From assembly GCF_006345805.1 (NCBI RefSeq), contig NC_043000.1:73842001-73906000 (forward strand): 64,000 bases of DNA. The letters run 5' to 3'. Of this stretch, positions 48,395 through 63,287 are shown in pieces. Positions within the stretch are counted from its first letter, which is position 1. Every line of letters begins with the position of its first letter. This stretch comes from Octopus sinensis. Lineage: Eukaryota. The translations under genes and the position numbers were made by a program. The notes below the pieces were generated by a model. The model had not been told where the DNA came from. It saw nothing but the letters and a program-made list of their open reading frames with translations, and ran no database searches.

Positions 48395-50900
48395 AGTTTC
48401 TACAACTGAATGTCCTTCCTAACGCCAACCACTCCAAGTGTAATGGGTGCTTATTACATGCCGCCGGCACAGAGCCAGTCAGGCAGTACTGGCAATGACA
48501 TTGCTTGAATCTTTTTACACATGCCACCGGCACAGGTACCAGTAAGGCGACGCTGGTAATGTTCACACTCGAACGGTGCCTTTTTATGTGCCACTGGCAT
48601 GGAAGCCGGTTAGCCACTCTGTCAACGATCACACCCGCTAGCACAGATACCAGTCGTCGAATTTAATTTTGATTTCACTTGCATCAACAGGTCTTCGCAA
48701 GCAGAGTTTAGTGACCAAAGAAGGAAAAGGTATGTATACGCGGGCTGATCACGCTCCTGGCATAGGCCACAGGTTATGGTCTCATTTGGCTTGCAGGGTC
48801 TTCTCAAGCACAGCATATTTCCAAATGTCTCGGTTGCTAGTCATTTCCTTGGTGAGGCCTAATTTTCAAAGGTCGTGCTTCACCACTTCATCCTAGGTCT
48901 TCTTGGGTCTACCTCTCCCACAGACTCCTTCAACCACTAGGGTGTGGAACTTTTTCACACAGCTATCCTCATCCATTCTCGTCTCTCTTGCACACCACAT
49001 CTAATGCTTCTTAGGTTCAACTTTTCTCTCAAGGTACTTACACTCTGTCAAGTATGCACACTGACATTACACATCCATCGGCACATACTGGCTTCATTCC
49101 TTGTGAGCTTACGCATGTCCTCAGAAGTTACAGCCCATGTTTCACTGCCATGTAGCATGGCTGTTCGTACACATGCATCATACAGTCTACCTTTTACTCT
49201 GAGCGAGAGGCCGTTTGTCACCAGCAGAGGTAAGAGCTCTCTGAACTTTGCCCAAGCTATTCTAGCAGCTACACTTTCAGCGCACCCTCTTCCGCTACTG
49301 ATTTGGTCACCTAGGTAATGGAAGCTATCAACTACTTCTAGTTTTTCTCCCTGGAATGTGGCGGAAGTTGGTCTCTGCGCATTTTCAGTGTTTATTGCTC
49401 CCGAGCATCTGCCACATACAAAATCTATCTTCCCAGTTAGCCTTCCTTTGGTATTACTGCACCTCTTATGTGTCCATAGCTTACACTGGGTACATCTTAT
49501 AGAGTTTTTACCAACGCCTCTACTACAGATCAAGCAGGACCATCTACCTGAAGGGAATTGTGCTTTGATTTTAGCTAGGTTGATTCTAAGGCCCTTTGAT
49601 TCTAATCCTTGTTTCCACACCTGAAACTTCTCCTCTAGTTCTGATGGTGACTCAGCAATTAGAGCAAGGTCATCAACATAGAGGAGCTCCCAGAGGCATC
49701 CTGTCTTGAATTCTTCCGTTATTGACTACGATAAATAGGAGGGGGCTGAGGACTGAACCTTAGTGGACCCCTACCTCTACCCTGAATTCTTCAGTGTACT
49801 CGTTTCCAACCCTCACCTTACTTACAGTGTCCCTGTACATGGCTTGCACAGCTCTCACTAACCATTCATCTATTCCTAATTTCCTCATTGACCACCAGAT
49901 AAGGGATCGGGGGACCCTGTCAAAGGCTTTCTCCATGTCAACGAAAGCCAGGTACAGGGGCTTATCTTTGGCTAGGTATTTCTCCTGCAGCTGTCTAACC
50001 AGATATATGACATCAGTGGTGCTTTTCCCTGGCATGAAACCAAACTGCATCTCATCCAAGTTGACTCTCTCCCTAATCAGTTGGGCGATGACCTTCTCTA
50101 TAACCTTCATTACCTGATCCAACAGCTTCATAGCTCTGTAATTATTTGTATCTAAAACATCACCTTTACCTTTGTAGCAGTTGACTATTATGCTGCTACA
50201 TCAGTCATTGGGTATGACTCCTCCGTGTATCACCTGGTTAATTATACGGGTGACTAAGCTATAGCCGACATTGCCAGATATTTTGAGCATCTCTGTAGTA
50301 ATTCCTGATGGGCCTGAGGCTATCCCTGTCTTCATACTTCTAATTGCCTTATCTACCAAGGTACTGTCAACTCGGATAACTGGTACCTCTGTTGGGTCGA
50401 CATTCGGCAGACTCTCTTTCTCCCATTCATTTTCTTTATTCAGCAACCTTTCATAATGGCGTTTCCAAACCTCTCTCTTTGCATCCTCATTTAGCGCAAG
50501 TGAACCATCATCCATGTGAACACATTTCTCTCCTACAACATCACGATTCTCTCTCACACAGTTTTGCAACACGAAATACCTCAAGTTTTTGGTCCTCACA
50601 GCGCAGAATATTGGTAAATTTTTTCTTATCTGCTTCTCCTCTGGCTAAATAAACCTGCCTCCTAGCTCCCCTTCTGGCAGTCTGATACACTTCCCTGCTA
50701 CCACCGTTCTTCCAGTCATTCCAAGGCTGTTTCTTTTGTCTAAAAGCCTTGTCAACAAAATTGTTCCACCACCACGTTATTTTGGGTCGAGAGGGGACTT
50801 TGCACCATACACAGATCTGGTCGATGGCCCTTAGTAGGTTGTCCCGTAGGAACCTCCAGTTGTCTTCTATGCCATGTGAAGCTATATCCCCTTCTATTTC
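48395..50900 (-). mobile_element. RTE LINE, 5'-truncated, with 3'UTR
   Basis: QFGFMPGKSTTD...FVDMEKAFDRVP, LLYVDDL, Cys-rich insert CLIC...CTQC..WTHKRC...CGRC, LHGSETW; 3'UTR with repeated tgcc.c.ggca palindromes. Confidence 0.9.
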
Positions 50901-50935
50901 GTCATATATGTGTGTGTGTGTATAATAATATAAAT

Positions 50936-50987
<52 letters not shown>

Positions 50988-50998
50988 CATATATATAT

Positions 50999-51029
<31 letters not shown>

Positions 51030-52050
51030 AGCATATATACATACGTATATGTACATACTTACATATATACATATATACATATGCATACATAGGACGTCAC
51101 AAAACATAAACAACAAAAAATACGAAGTACAAGGGCATGGGATGAGGACTTTTTTTTGCAAGCAATGAAAGAAACAAAAGGAAAACAAGACAAATATCAC
51201 AAAGAGCAACCCTTTATCAGTTGTCAGCTGTTTTTCTAATCCGTATTTGAAGCAATTCATGACAAGATATACCTTTGATAAAACAGTTACTCCTGCAAAG
51301 CAAATTAAATAAAATTTGGGATTTTGTGGAGGGTCAGAATTGGTGACAAAAACAGGGCAGTGAAAACAAACAGGAAGGGCTGCTAAGCCTAAATGAGGTT
51401 GTTGTGGTGAACGTGAAGAAACAAGCTTGGACAGGAGACAGATAAGAATACATCTTCCTTATCCAGCTGCAAGAGGAAGAAAGAATGAAATGCAAGTTAG
51501 GAGAAGAAAGAAAAATGGCTGATGGTCACGTGGGAGCCATGTGAGCAAAGGAGGAAGAGTGAGGGAGAGAGAGTGACAGACAGAGAACTGTGAATAGGAG
51601 AGGAAAAGGTTTAGAGATAGGATAGGAGAGAAAAAAGAGAGGTAAAAGATTAAGAGAAAGGAACTCCCACTAGTCTATCCTTTTACTCTTTCTTTCCTCT
51701 TTTCCTTTCTGGCAGTGTATGATATATATATCATATACTGATATATATCATCACTGATATATATCATATATCAGTGATGATATATATATGTATGTATGTA
51801 AATATTTGTGTTTCTGTATTTTGTTTTTGTTTTTTTTTTAAAGGTGTAGCGTTTGTAATAGTCTGGATAGAATTGACATATCGGTTCCATTCTAGCAAAA
51901 ACTGTCCGATGAACAGCAACAGGAAACTCAGAGTAACAGGTTTTGTTGAATTTTCTGCTGCTTTAAATAAAGCATATTACTCTACCACTGGTATTTAAGT
52001 ACTCTTTTTTCCACCTTGTTTCACATTTATGTGTTTACTCCGGTATATAT

Positions 52051-52089
<39 letters not shown>

Positions 52090-52099
<10 letters not shown>

Positions 52100-52310
52100 C
52101 TTTACTTGTTTCAGTCATTTGAAGCAGCAATGCTGGAGCACTGCGTTTAGCTGAACAAACTAACCCCAGGACGTATTCTTTGTAAACCTAGTACTTATTC
52201 TGTTGGTCTCTTTTGCCAAACTGCTAATTAGCAGGTTGTAAACACAGCAACATTGGTTGTCAAGTGATGGTGAGGGGACAAACACAGACACACAAATATT
52301 TACATACATA
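52090..52310 (-). mobile_element. SINE family A 3' half
   Basis: Reverse complement of the ttgacaaccaatgttg...ctccagca...tgactgaaacaagtaaa tail. Confidence 0.75.
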
Positions 52311-52319
52311 CATATATAT

Positions 52320-55300
52320 ATCATCATCATCGAATAATGTCCACCTTCCATGTTGGCATGGATGGGACAGTTTGACAGGAGTTAGCCAGGCAGAAGCCTG
52401 CACCAGACTTCTGTGACTGTTTTGGCATGATTTTTACAGCTGGATGCTCTTCCTAACACCAACCACCCAACAGAGTGGACTTATTCCTTTTTATGTGGCA
52501 CAAGCACAGGTGAGGTCAGTTTTGGCAAGGTTTTCACAGCTGTATGCCCTTCCACTTTACAGTGTGGACTGGATGCTTTTTAAGTGGCACCTGCACTGAC
52601 AGGGTCACCAAGTAACTTGCAAGACAAAAATCTTTTGAGAGGGGAGGGGTATTGGAGGAGGTGAGCTTGTGTAAGATTATGCAAGTTTATAGTAGGACAG
52701 AGAGATAGAAACAGGTGTCTTGCTGTAGAGGAGGTATGAGGTTACCCAGCAAGAGAGAGAGAGAGAGAGAGAGAGCTCATGAATGAGGACAGAAACAGGT
52801 GTGCTGCTGCAAAGGAGATACATGGTTACCCAAACTGAGGGAAGTGCAGGAGAAGGAAAGAGAGAGTGGGAGACAGCAGGATAGAGATGGTGGCAAACTG
52901 CTAGGTATACTCACAAGTGATGGAGATCAGAATATAAATGAGATGGTCAAGTAAAGGCAGAGAGAGATATAGATGGTGGCAAGTGCCAGGGCATACCCTT
53001 GAGGTTTGAAGGTTATAATATAAGTGGTAGGATATTGCCAAAGAAGCATGGTTAGAGATTGGGCAAGGGAAGTGAGTGGTGAAAACCTGGGTATATAGAG
53101 TGGGGAGGTGCTACCAGATAGCAATGATACAGAGAAACAGGGCTGTGAGGACAAGATTGGGGAGTGGTAGGCAGGCATAATGCATGAAGAAGGAAATGTG
53201 AGGAAGAGATATAGAGATACAGATTGGATTGTTGGGGTAAGGTGTGTGAAAAGCTTTCTTGTTATGTGTGGGTGGAACATACAGGTTGGTGGGGCTAGCG
53301 GATAGCAATAATACAGTGAGACAGTGCCAAGAGGATAATATTGGGGAGTGGGAAGTAAGCATAGTGCATGAAATGGAAATGTGAGGTAGAAAAGTGATGT
53401 AGAGGTGTAGTTTGGTTTGTTGTGGTAGAGTATGTGACAAGTTTTCTTGTTATGTGTGGGTGAGACACATAGCACTTCTAGAACTCAGTTGTGCTGACAT
53501 GGATGAATCTTCTCAAGAACCTCATATCACCAGATATCTTGGTCTATTGTCCTTTCCTTAGTGAGGCCCAACATCCTGAGATCAGTCCTTACCACTTCAT
53601 CCCAGGTCTTCCTGGATCTCCCTCTTCCATGAATACCATCCACTTTCAGTGATTGGCACTTCTTTATGCAGCTGTCCTCATTCATATGCTTCACATGTCC
53701 AAACCAACATAGTCTTCTCTCTTGCATGCTACATCTGATTCCTCTTATGCCCAACTTTACTCTCAACACATTTATACTTTGTTGTAGATGTACACTGATG
53801 TTGCACATCTAATGGAGCATACTGCCTTCATTTCTCTCCAGCCTATGCATGGCTTCTGCATTCAGAGCCCATGTCTCAATACTAAGGAGTATAGCTATTT
53901 GCACACAAGCAGCATACAATCTACCTTTCACTCTGAGAGAGAGTCCTTTTGTTGCCAACAGAGGTAACAGCTCCTTGAACTTCCTCCACCCTATTCTTAT
54001 TCTAGAAACAATACTTTCAGAGCATCTTCCACCATTGCTAATTTGGTCACCAAGGTAACAGAAACAATCTACAACCTCGAGAGCCTCTTGGGCATTTGAG
54101 ACAATCTAAGTCCCATGTACTCTTAGTGCTTATTGTTCCTGCACATCTGCCACATACAAAGACAACTTTATCTGTTAATCTACTAGATACCATGGCAACA
54201 CTTATGTGTCTGTACTTTACATTGGGTGCAGCAAATGGAATTTCTTCCAACTCCTTTCCTACATAGTAGAAGAAAGATAGTTTTATCTTCTTTCTTACTA
54301 ACAACAACTTTAGTCTTTGCTAGGTTAACTTTAAGGCCATTTTGATTCCAGCTTTTCCCATACCTGGAATTTCTTTTGCAATTCTGTTACAGATTTTGCA
54401 ATAAGAGCAAGGTCGTTAGCATATAGCAGTTCTCATAGACATTCAGTTTTGAATTCCTCTGTTATGGCCTGGAGGACTATAATAAATAAGGGTAGGTTGA
54501 GAACTAAGCCCTGGTTAACTTCTACTTGTAAACTAAATTCATCACTGTATTCATGACTGACAGCACCACTGTACATGGCTTATACAGCTCTAACAAGTCA
54601 CTCCTCTACTCCTAACTTCCTTAGAGACCACCATATAACAAAGCAGGGAACTCTGTCGAAAGCTTTCTTTAGGTCAACGAAGACTAAGTACAATGGCTTA
54701 CTTTTGGTTAAGTACTTTTCCTGGAGCTGTCTCACTAGGAAGATGGCATCTGTGGTACTCTTCCCAGGTACAAAACCAAACTGCATCTCATTTAGTTTAA
54801 TTCTATTCCTAATCAATTGACCTATAACCCTCTTGGTAACTTTCATGACTTGGTCTAGAAATTTAATACCTCTGTAGCTGCTTCTATCTAAGGCATCACC
54901 TTTACCCTTGTAGCAGCTACTATAACACTATTGGGGTTGGTATCTTCTTGAATAACCTGATTGGGGATGATGCCTTCCTGAATAACCTGATTGGGGATGA
55001 TGCCTTCCTGAATAACCTGATTAACCTGAATAACCTGAATAACCTGACTATATGGGTGACTAAGCTGTATCCTACAGCACCAGAAATTTTTAATCATCTC
55101 AGCAGTGATTCCTGATGGCTTAGGGGTTTTCCCTGTCTTCATATCCTTAATTGCCTTATCTATTATGCTGCTATCAACTCTGGTCCCTCAATTGGTTCAA
55201 TATTTAGTAGACTCACCTTCTCCTATTCATTCTCCACATTCAGTAACCTTTCAAAGTGACACTTCCATGCATCTTTCTCCTCTAAGTCACTAAGTGCAAG

Positions 55301-56520
55301 TATATCATTATCCATTCACACACATTTCTTACCCACCACATCTCTATTCTCTGATACACTGCTTTGCAATCCTGGACACCTCATGGCTCTGATTCTCATA
55401 CTGTAAAACATTGGCATATCTCTTACCTTCTGCTATTCGTTTTGCTATGTAAACCTGATGTCTAACTGCCCTTTTGGCTACTTGATATAATTTTCTGCTT
55501 CCAGAGTTTTTCCAGTCTTTCCAGGCCTGTTGCTTTGCTTTTATAGCACTGTCTACTTCCTTGTTCCACCACCATATCACCCTTAGTCTAGCTGGAACTC
55601 TGCAATAACCACAGATTTTGTCTGTAGCCCTCAGTAGATTGTCCTGCAGGAACTTCCAATTGTCCTCTAAGCTATATGTCTCCAACTCTTCTTCACTTTT
55701 GTCAGAAGTTTCCTTTAGGAAATCTCTAAATTTTTATCTGTTTACTGAATCTTTGAGCTTCCACAGTCTTCTTTTCCAGATTGGATTATTTCTCAAAGTC
55801 TTTCTAGCTCTAATTCTGAAGTTACTAATTAGTAACCTATTTAGTAACCTACACTCTTCACCTGGGAAAGACTTGTATTTTTAAGTATCCATCTATCTCA
55901 TTGCCTGGTGAGGAGGTAGTCAATCTGGCTTATGTGCCCACCAGACTGATAAGTAACTAGGTGGCTGGTTAGTTTTCTGAAGTTAATGTTGCAGAGTATG
56001 AGATCATTTGCATCACAGAACTGCAGCGGTCTTGTTCCTTCCTCATTTCTAGGTCCAAAGCCATAGCCCCCATGCACTCCTTGGAATCCATAGGGATGCT
56101 GGCCAACATGTCCATCGAAGTCACCAGACACAATAACAAAGTCTCTGTCATTTGTCATTGAGGTAGTCTGCAAAAGGACCTCATAGAATTGGTCCTTCTG
56201 CTAACCAGTTAGCCCAGACTAAGGAGTATAGGCAGAGATAAATGTAACTATTAATTTGTCTATGGTAAGTCTCAGCTTAATTATCCTGTCACATATTCTA
56301 ACTATCTCAATTACTTTATCTACCCACTTTTCTGCTAACAGTATGTCGACACCACCCACTCCATCCTCCACTAACCCAGAAGAATTTGAATCTAGCTGAG
56401 GCTCCCCTCCATCTTACTTCTTGCACACCACACACATCAACATGACATTGCTCCAAAATTTCAATAATCTCCCCACTCCTTCCTTTCACTGTGTCAATAC
56501 TAATGGTAGCAGCCCTGAGA
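52320..56520 (-). mobile_element. near full-length decayed RTE LINE with long 3'UTR
   Basis: Endonuclease (TVKGRSGE...VQEVRWRG, GDFDGHVG, SQIDY), RT (FVDLKKAFDRVP), thumb (ERRLCWFGHV...RGRSRKTW), tail with (GAT)n. Confidence 0.85.
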
Positions 56521-58880
56521 CTGAGTACTTGGGAGTGGTGGTGGGAAGGTAGTTGTGGAAATTTTGTCATCATCTGAAAAGATCTATGCAAATGCTTGTC
56601 AGCAAGCATAGAGCTTTGGTACATAGTTCACTCAGTGAATTACAATGAATCAGTTTCTCTCATTCCATACAATATCCAGAACAAGAGCCAACAAGAGATG
56701 AAGTGTATATAAGAATAGGGTGGTCATATAGGACAGTTTAAGTGTTATATGTCTAAATATTTATATATGAGGTACCTATAACTCTATATGACATTCATGC
56801 AGGCACCTGCATGAGAATATAAGGGTATAATCAAAATATGTACTCACACACACACACAGCGCAGGATGAGTATATGAACCACCAGGTGAAAAAGTTAATG
56901 TACAAATTAAAATAGTGGGTTGGGAAGGGGAATAACAGGTGTGAAAAAATGGACGATGGGCACAGACCTTGTGCAAGCTAAGTTTACAAACCACATAGCT
57001 AGACAGGCTTAGAAGAAAAGTCATAGTATTTAACTATTATTACTATTAATATCATTCAATAATAATACTAAATTAATACACATAAATTTTAAATGGCAAA
57101 TTCATTGTATTAGCATTTTGCAATGAGAAGGGGAAGCTGGCTGAAATTAGAATGAAATTACATGTGGCCTTGGCAAACGAGATATTGAAAGAAGGGGGAA
57201 ATCCTAAATTCATTGACTAAGTCACATTTGAATAATAATAAAAACTTAGCTGTTGATACAAGAGTGAGCAAGCTATTGATTAATGAATGGCATATATATA
57301 TATATATATATACACATATATATTTTTTTCAAGGCTGTGTTCAGAGTAAAAGGCCTTGGAGAAATCATCAAAGAGCAGAACTGCATTAAGGTTTTTGGCT
57401 TGTACTCCTTCCTACATCCGCCTAACTGTGAGAATTTGAACAGATGTAGAGTGGCTCTTCCTGAATCTATTTTGATTTTTCTTAAGAACTCTTTCAATTT
57501 GAGGTTGGATTTGATTGAGTAGCAATGCATTGTAAATCTTCACTGCAATTGGTGTTAATGTAACTCCTCTGTAGTTTATTGCAAAGCTCAGATCCCCTTT
57601 TTGGGGAAAAGGCAGAATACATCCTTTTGTCCAGACTTTTATCTCACTTTGATGATATACTGAGTTGCATGATTTGAGAAGAATGTCATTGAAATTTCCA
57701 GTTTTCCAGACTTCAGGCGGGATGTCATCCAATACAGCATCCTTTCGGTTTTTGGTCTTCCTCAGAATGACTTCAAGCATTTCTATTGAGAAAGATCACT
57801 GCTTGATATCCAGGACCTCCTCAATACGATGCATCCACTGGTTTGATGTATTCAGTGATTTCCCAAGAAGGTTTTGAAAATGGTCTTTCCACTTACTCAG
57901 TCTCTCCTTTGGAGGATTTTTCCAACCACTCACTTCATTTACTGTCTGTCATGCTAAGGAAGACAGTTGTCTGATGCATTTTTGATTTTGTTGATTTGGC
58001 TTTGAATATATCTTTGCTGTTTCATCTGATATAATACAATAAGTTCTTTCAGTGCCTTCACTTTTCTATTTAAGTTTCTCCTACTAGGGTTCCTGTTGTG
58101 CTGTTTGGTTATTTCCTTTATGTTAAGGGGCTCTTCATTTTACTTTTGGTCTCAAAGGGATGCATTTTTTAACAGACTCCTAATGAGCTTGAACAAAGTT
58201 GAGATATGTTGTGTTTCGTGTGTGATCTTTGTTTGCATCTTGTAACATATCGAAGAGATTTCTGACTTTGATCATGAAATCATTTTGGAGCAGTCTTAAG
58301 GTTCCATTTATCTTGTTTGCTTGGAGGCTTACCTGAAACTTAGATGTTACCACTCAATGGTCAGATCATACACCAAAGAAAATGTTATATGCTTCAAAGT
58401 TGTGGCAGTTGTTAATCCACTTTTCGTTCATAAGATAGTCTAGCTGAGCTTTGAATCCATTTGGAGAAGTATGGGTCCACTTCTTTCCCGGTCTCTTCTG
58501 AAAATAAGTGTTCAGGCATTGAAGTTTGTTTTCTATCAAGGAATGCTCTAAGTATTCTCTCTTTCGGTTTGAGGTTTGATGGAATTAGTACTTATGATGG
58601 GGATTGTCATGGCCTAATTGTGCATTCATACCTCTGCCAATGATGAGTATGTTGTGCTTTGATATAGATTGTACAAGAGATGATAAATCATTATAAAAAT
58701 TTATGACTTCTTGTTCATTGCTGACATTTGTTGGGCTGTAGCAGCAGGTGACAGTAGTAGAAGGGTCACTGTTGAAATTGGCTGCTATTAGTCTAGATGT
58801 TATTTTCTCAATACTGTTTTGTAATTTCAGGCCATGCGAGCTGAGTAATAATCCTACATTGCCGATGGTGCTATTAATAG

Positions 58881-60156
58881 TACAGGGACATCGAAAAAGG
58901 TTTCCATGATTTCAAAATGAAATAATTAAGTCTGTACTAAAAGTATACTATTTATTTATACACCAAAACACGCAGAAAATCTTAAATTTTTCTTCCATTA
59001 CTTAGCAGGTTTTGATATGAGCTCTCTTTGTTGCACAGCAAATATCTGAGCAATACTTGAACTCCCTCCAGGTGTGCTGAATCATATCAGGATTCACATT
59101 TGCTATTGCTGTGTGGATTCTCTCTCTTAAATGTTGCAGATCCTGGATTTCTTCTGAGTTGACAATTTTCTTCAGATAACCCCAAAAGAAAAAGTTCATA
59201 GGAGTTAGATCAATGCTTCTAGGTAGCCATAAAACCATTCTTTCCACTCCAACAGCCAGGGAATCTGTTGTTGAGAGCTTGTCACACATTATGGCTGTAG
59301 CGAGCTGGCACTCCATCCAGCTGGAAAATTACACTTATTCACTTTTCTCTTTTAATGTCTGCAATTTGACGGAACACATAAAGTTCTAGCATGTCGAAGT
59401 AACTAGTGTCCGTAATCATGTTTTCTGCAAACATGAATGGGCCAACAACACGATCATGCAGAAGTTCACACCATACATTAACCTTGGGTGAATCACTAAA
59501 TAAAATTCTTTTAAGATAACTATCATTGTCATCAATTTCTCTCAGCATCATTACAGCAAATTCAACACATTTAGGCCTATCTGTCTCCTTAATTTTATGT
59601 CTCATTTGAATTTTGTAAGCATGTAACCTTAGGCGTTTATGCAGCACATTTTGAATTGTTGTTTTAGGCATACGAAGTTCCAAAATGTGTAGAGCGATGG
59701 AATTCTTAGGACTATGCAAACATGAGTCTCAATTGCTCCACATTCTCTTCCAATGTGTATGGCCAATCTGGAGATTTCTTAATGTGTGTAGCCGGTCTGG
59801 AGATTTCTTAATGTTTCCAGTTTCTTTAAACTGGTTAAATCAACAAACAATGGTTTTGTCTGTAGAGGGATCTTGTCCATAAGTACACTAAAAATGACAT
59901 TACACTAAAACAACTGACTTAAACTCAGCATACCACAACACACGCTGCTCTTTCTGCTGTACAGTCACTGTAATTGCTGTGGAGTGACTGGCCAGGCGCT
60001 TGCTAGTGAAATAGTGATTTCAAGGATAATACAGTGGCAAATATCAAAACTCCTGCAGTTGTTATACAGTCCCACGTTGATTTCATATAGATTGCTTGAT
60101 AATAGCTAGTGCAATTGACAACTGAAATCACAGAAACCTTTGCCAATGACCCTGTA
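58881..60156 (-). mobile_element. Tc1/mariner (maT-like) element with both TIRs and TA TSD
   Basis: tacagggacatcgaaaaaggtttccatgatttca versus reverse complement of 60123-60156 tacagggtcattggcaaaggtttctgtgatttca; LRLHAYKIQ...ILFSD, WLPRSIDLTPMNFFFWGYLK. Confidence 0.9.
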
Positions 60157-60494
60157 TTTTTCCATGCAGATACAGACACAAAAGTCCAGTTGTTATCGAG
60201 TTCATGATGCATTAAAATTGTGATCATCATGGAAGAGACGGTGTTCCTGCACACACAAGATGCCAGTATGAAAGTTGATAGCCAATGCAGCAAGTTTTGA
60301 TATTTGAGACATAGATTTCAAAGTTCTTACATTGAAAGTCAATACTTTAAAAGGATGCTTGCATCTGGCAAATCTTGATTTTGGTTCAGTAGCTGATTCA
60401 TCAAATGCTGGTGCTAGAACCGGTGCCCCTGGTCACAAACCTTGGTAATCTACATGATGATCGATGCAGTATGAGTTACTGGAATGATCTATAG

Positions 60495-63287
60495 CAGTGC
60501 TGCCCAACCTTTTCCAAACATGGGCTGGATTTAAGAAAAAACGATGCTAGTGGGCCAGACTCACATTTCTAGCCTTTCATTTTTTAATACAACTATTCGA
60601 AATGGTTTGAAAAAGTATTCAGAACTGAAAACATTGATTCTATTATTCTATTTATAGAAATTATCCATTATACAATTATAATTCATAATTCAATTTAAAC
60701 ATAAGGGTCCTACATATGATACTATTTCTATTACTTCTTCACTGCTATCAAAAAATTATAGTCTCCAGATATTACATGAATACGAAATGACCATTAAAAA
60801 TTTTGATTTAGAACCTTACATCCTATAAAACAAATTTAACAATTGATCAAGATTAAAAAAACATTTGTTCAAATAAATGGCTTGTATTTCAATAATAAAA
60901 CAATTTTATTTTAGATGTATACCGGTAATGAACGAAAATATCAGTGAGAAACTTGAAATTATTTTGAGGCATCAAGAAACTTTTCAATGTCTGCCGGAAT
61001 ATTTGTTAAGGCCAGTTGGAGTTCATCTTCAAGGTGAGCATCACTCAAAGAATTTGTTTTGTTCAATTTTACCAATTGCATGCGACTGAAGAGGTATTCA
61101 CATATCCATGTCAAACCGAACAAAACAAGAAATCATTTTGAGTAGCAAGTAAGATATGGATATTGAGTGTGAGGCAGACCGTATTTGTAGAAGTCCATCA
61201 GATTCCTATTTAAAATCTGACTCTTGACATCAAAGTAACTTTGTAATTCATTCAATTCCATTTGAAGCTCAACAGGATCCACGTCAAAAGACATTGAAAA
61301 AGTTTTCAGCTGGTCTTCACAAGCACAGAAATCCTTAAATCTCCTGGCAAATTCTTCCTGCATCTGTTTTAACTCGCTCACAAAGAATTCCCAATTTATG
61401 GCTGAAATGTGCGGCTGTTCCTGAAGGCAAGGAAAGTGAGCATAATTGCTGTCAGCAATTTGAGTAATCCACAAATCCATTTTCTTTTGGAAAGCTGTCA
61501 CCTCCCCAAACAAATTATGGATGAGTTTTTCTTTTCCTTGTAACTGCACATTCAACTCATTCAGCTTGTGTGTAATGTCCACCAGAAAGGAAAAATCATT
61601 CATCCATTTGTCGTCATCAAAATTGATGCATAAATTTCCTTTTGCTTCAAGAAATGCTGCCACATATTCTTGAATATCGTAAAAACATTTCAAAGTACGT
61701 CCATGGCTGAGCCACCTGATCTCGGTAAAGTAAAGAATGCCAGAAAATTTGGCGTTTATCTCATCAAGAAAATTTTGAAACTATCGATGATTTAATGTGT
61801 GACTCCAAATGAAATTGATGGCTTTCACATCATTATCCATGACGTGATCAAACTTAATGATTTTGGAGCAAAGTGATTCCTGATGTATAATGCAATGGCA
61901 CCACAATATTTGGTCTTTACTCACATTCAGGGTTTCCAGTTTTCTTTGGACGAAACCACACAAGCCTTGTTCCTTGCTGATCATGGGCAGTGCACCATCG
62001 GTAGCAATTCCAACCTGGCGATTGTAAGTCAGTCCTGCCTTTTCGAGTGCAATATCGATTTCTTTGAAAACAGCAGCATCTGTGCAATTTTCTTTCAGGG
62101 GAGCATAGAGCAAGTAATTCTTCAGTGATATTAAAACTTGAATCAACACCTCTCACGAAAATCGCCAGTTGTAGTGTATCAGTCATGTCAGTAGATTCGT
62201 TGATGGCAATGCTGTAAGTTTCGAAGTTTTTACAAAGTTCATTCAACTGCATTTTTGTATTTTCGGCCAGTTCTTCAATCCTTCGGGTTATTGTATTACG
62301 CAACAAGCTAACACATTTTATAGCTTTCTCTTTCTCTGGGCACAGAATTTCAATCGCTGAGGTGATACATTCTTTGATAAAGTCTCCTTCCGAAAAAGGT
62401 TTCATGTTATGTGCAATCTTTTCAGCAATGACGAAACTTACTTTGGCATATTTTTTCAATCCATCATCTATTTTCCGAAAAATATTCTGTTGCGAGACTA
62501 AATTCCTTTGAAGTAAAAGTACTTTCTCCTTGCGTTGATCTCCTTCATAACGATTATGTTTCAAAGTGTGCTTTAATGTGTAATGCCGTTTTACATTTTC
62601 AACTTTTGGAACTGCGACTGTTTCACCACAGATCAGACAGAGACATTTTGCATTTGATTCCACGAAGAAATATAAATTTGTCCATGCCTCATTAAACCTG
62701 TGATTCTCCTTGTCTACTTTTCTAATTTTTCTAGCCGACGCCATGGATGAACAAAATTTGAAATTTATTGTGAAAAAGAAACTACTGTAATTTGCTCATT
62801 GGTATAAGAAGACCTCCGTATCAAAAGTTGTACCTGAGTAAATTTGAAATTAAATCACCTCAAATGCCAGTTTTATAGAATTATTCATTCATCCACTGAG
62901 AATCAGTCTTCAAGCACAAAATCTAATGAAATTCTTAGGCGGTGATTTTCCCCATTGATTGAGCAATGTTGTGATTGGCTGCTGGCTTGAGTCGGCTTGA
63001 CTTTACAGTTTTCAGCTACCAAAAATCGGTATTCATCTACAACAATGGCAGCAGCTGACTCAGCATGCTTAAAACTATCTCTGTCGCAGATAAATCACAT
63101 TTCATAATGACATATGGAGAAGATCTGCGTGTAGCACACTTCCTTGACATAAAGAGGATACTTTAATGTGATTTTTTGTGATCTACGAATACATTTTTTG
63201 TAATTAGTTTTGCAGATACCCATAAATTGAAGACCAACTAGTGGGCTGGATTCTAAGGCTTTGTGGTTAGGACGGTGGGCAGCACTG
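60495..63287 (-). mobile_element. full-length Buster/SPIN-type hAT transposon (2793 bp), transposase frameshifted
   Basis: TIRs cagtgctgccca at both ends; perfect 8-bp TSD atctatag (60487-60494, 63288-63295); CLICGE...HY...H zinc finger, NESTD, HCIIHQE, RWLS. Confidence 0.95.

Noticed and set aside
61133-62744. GTF2IRD2/EPM2AIP1-like domesticated host gene
   Set aside because: Flanked by TIRs and a TSD and frameshifted, so it is a transposon.
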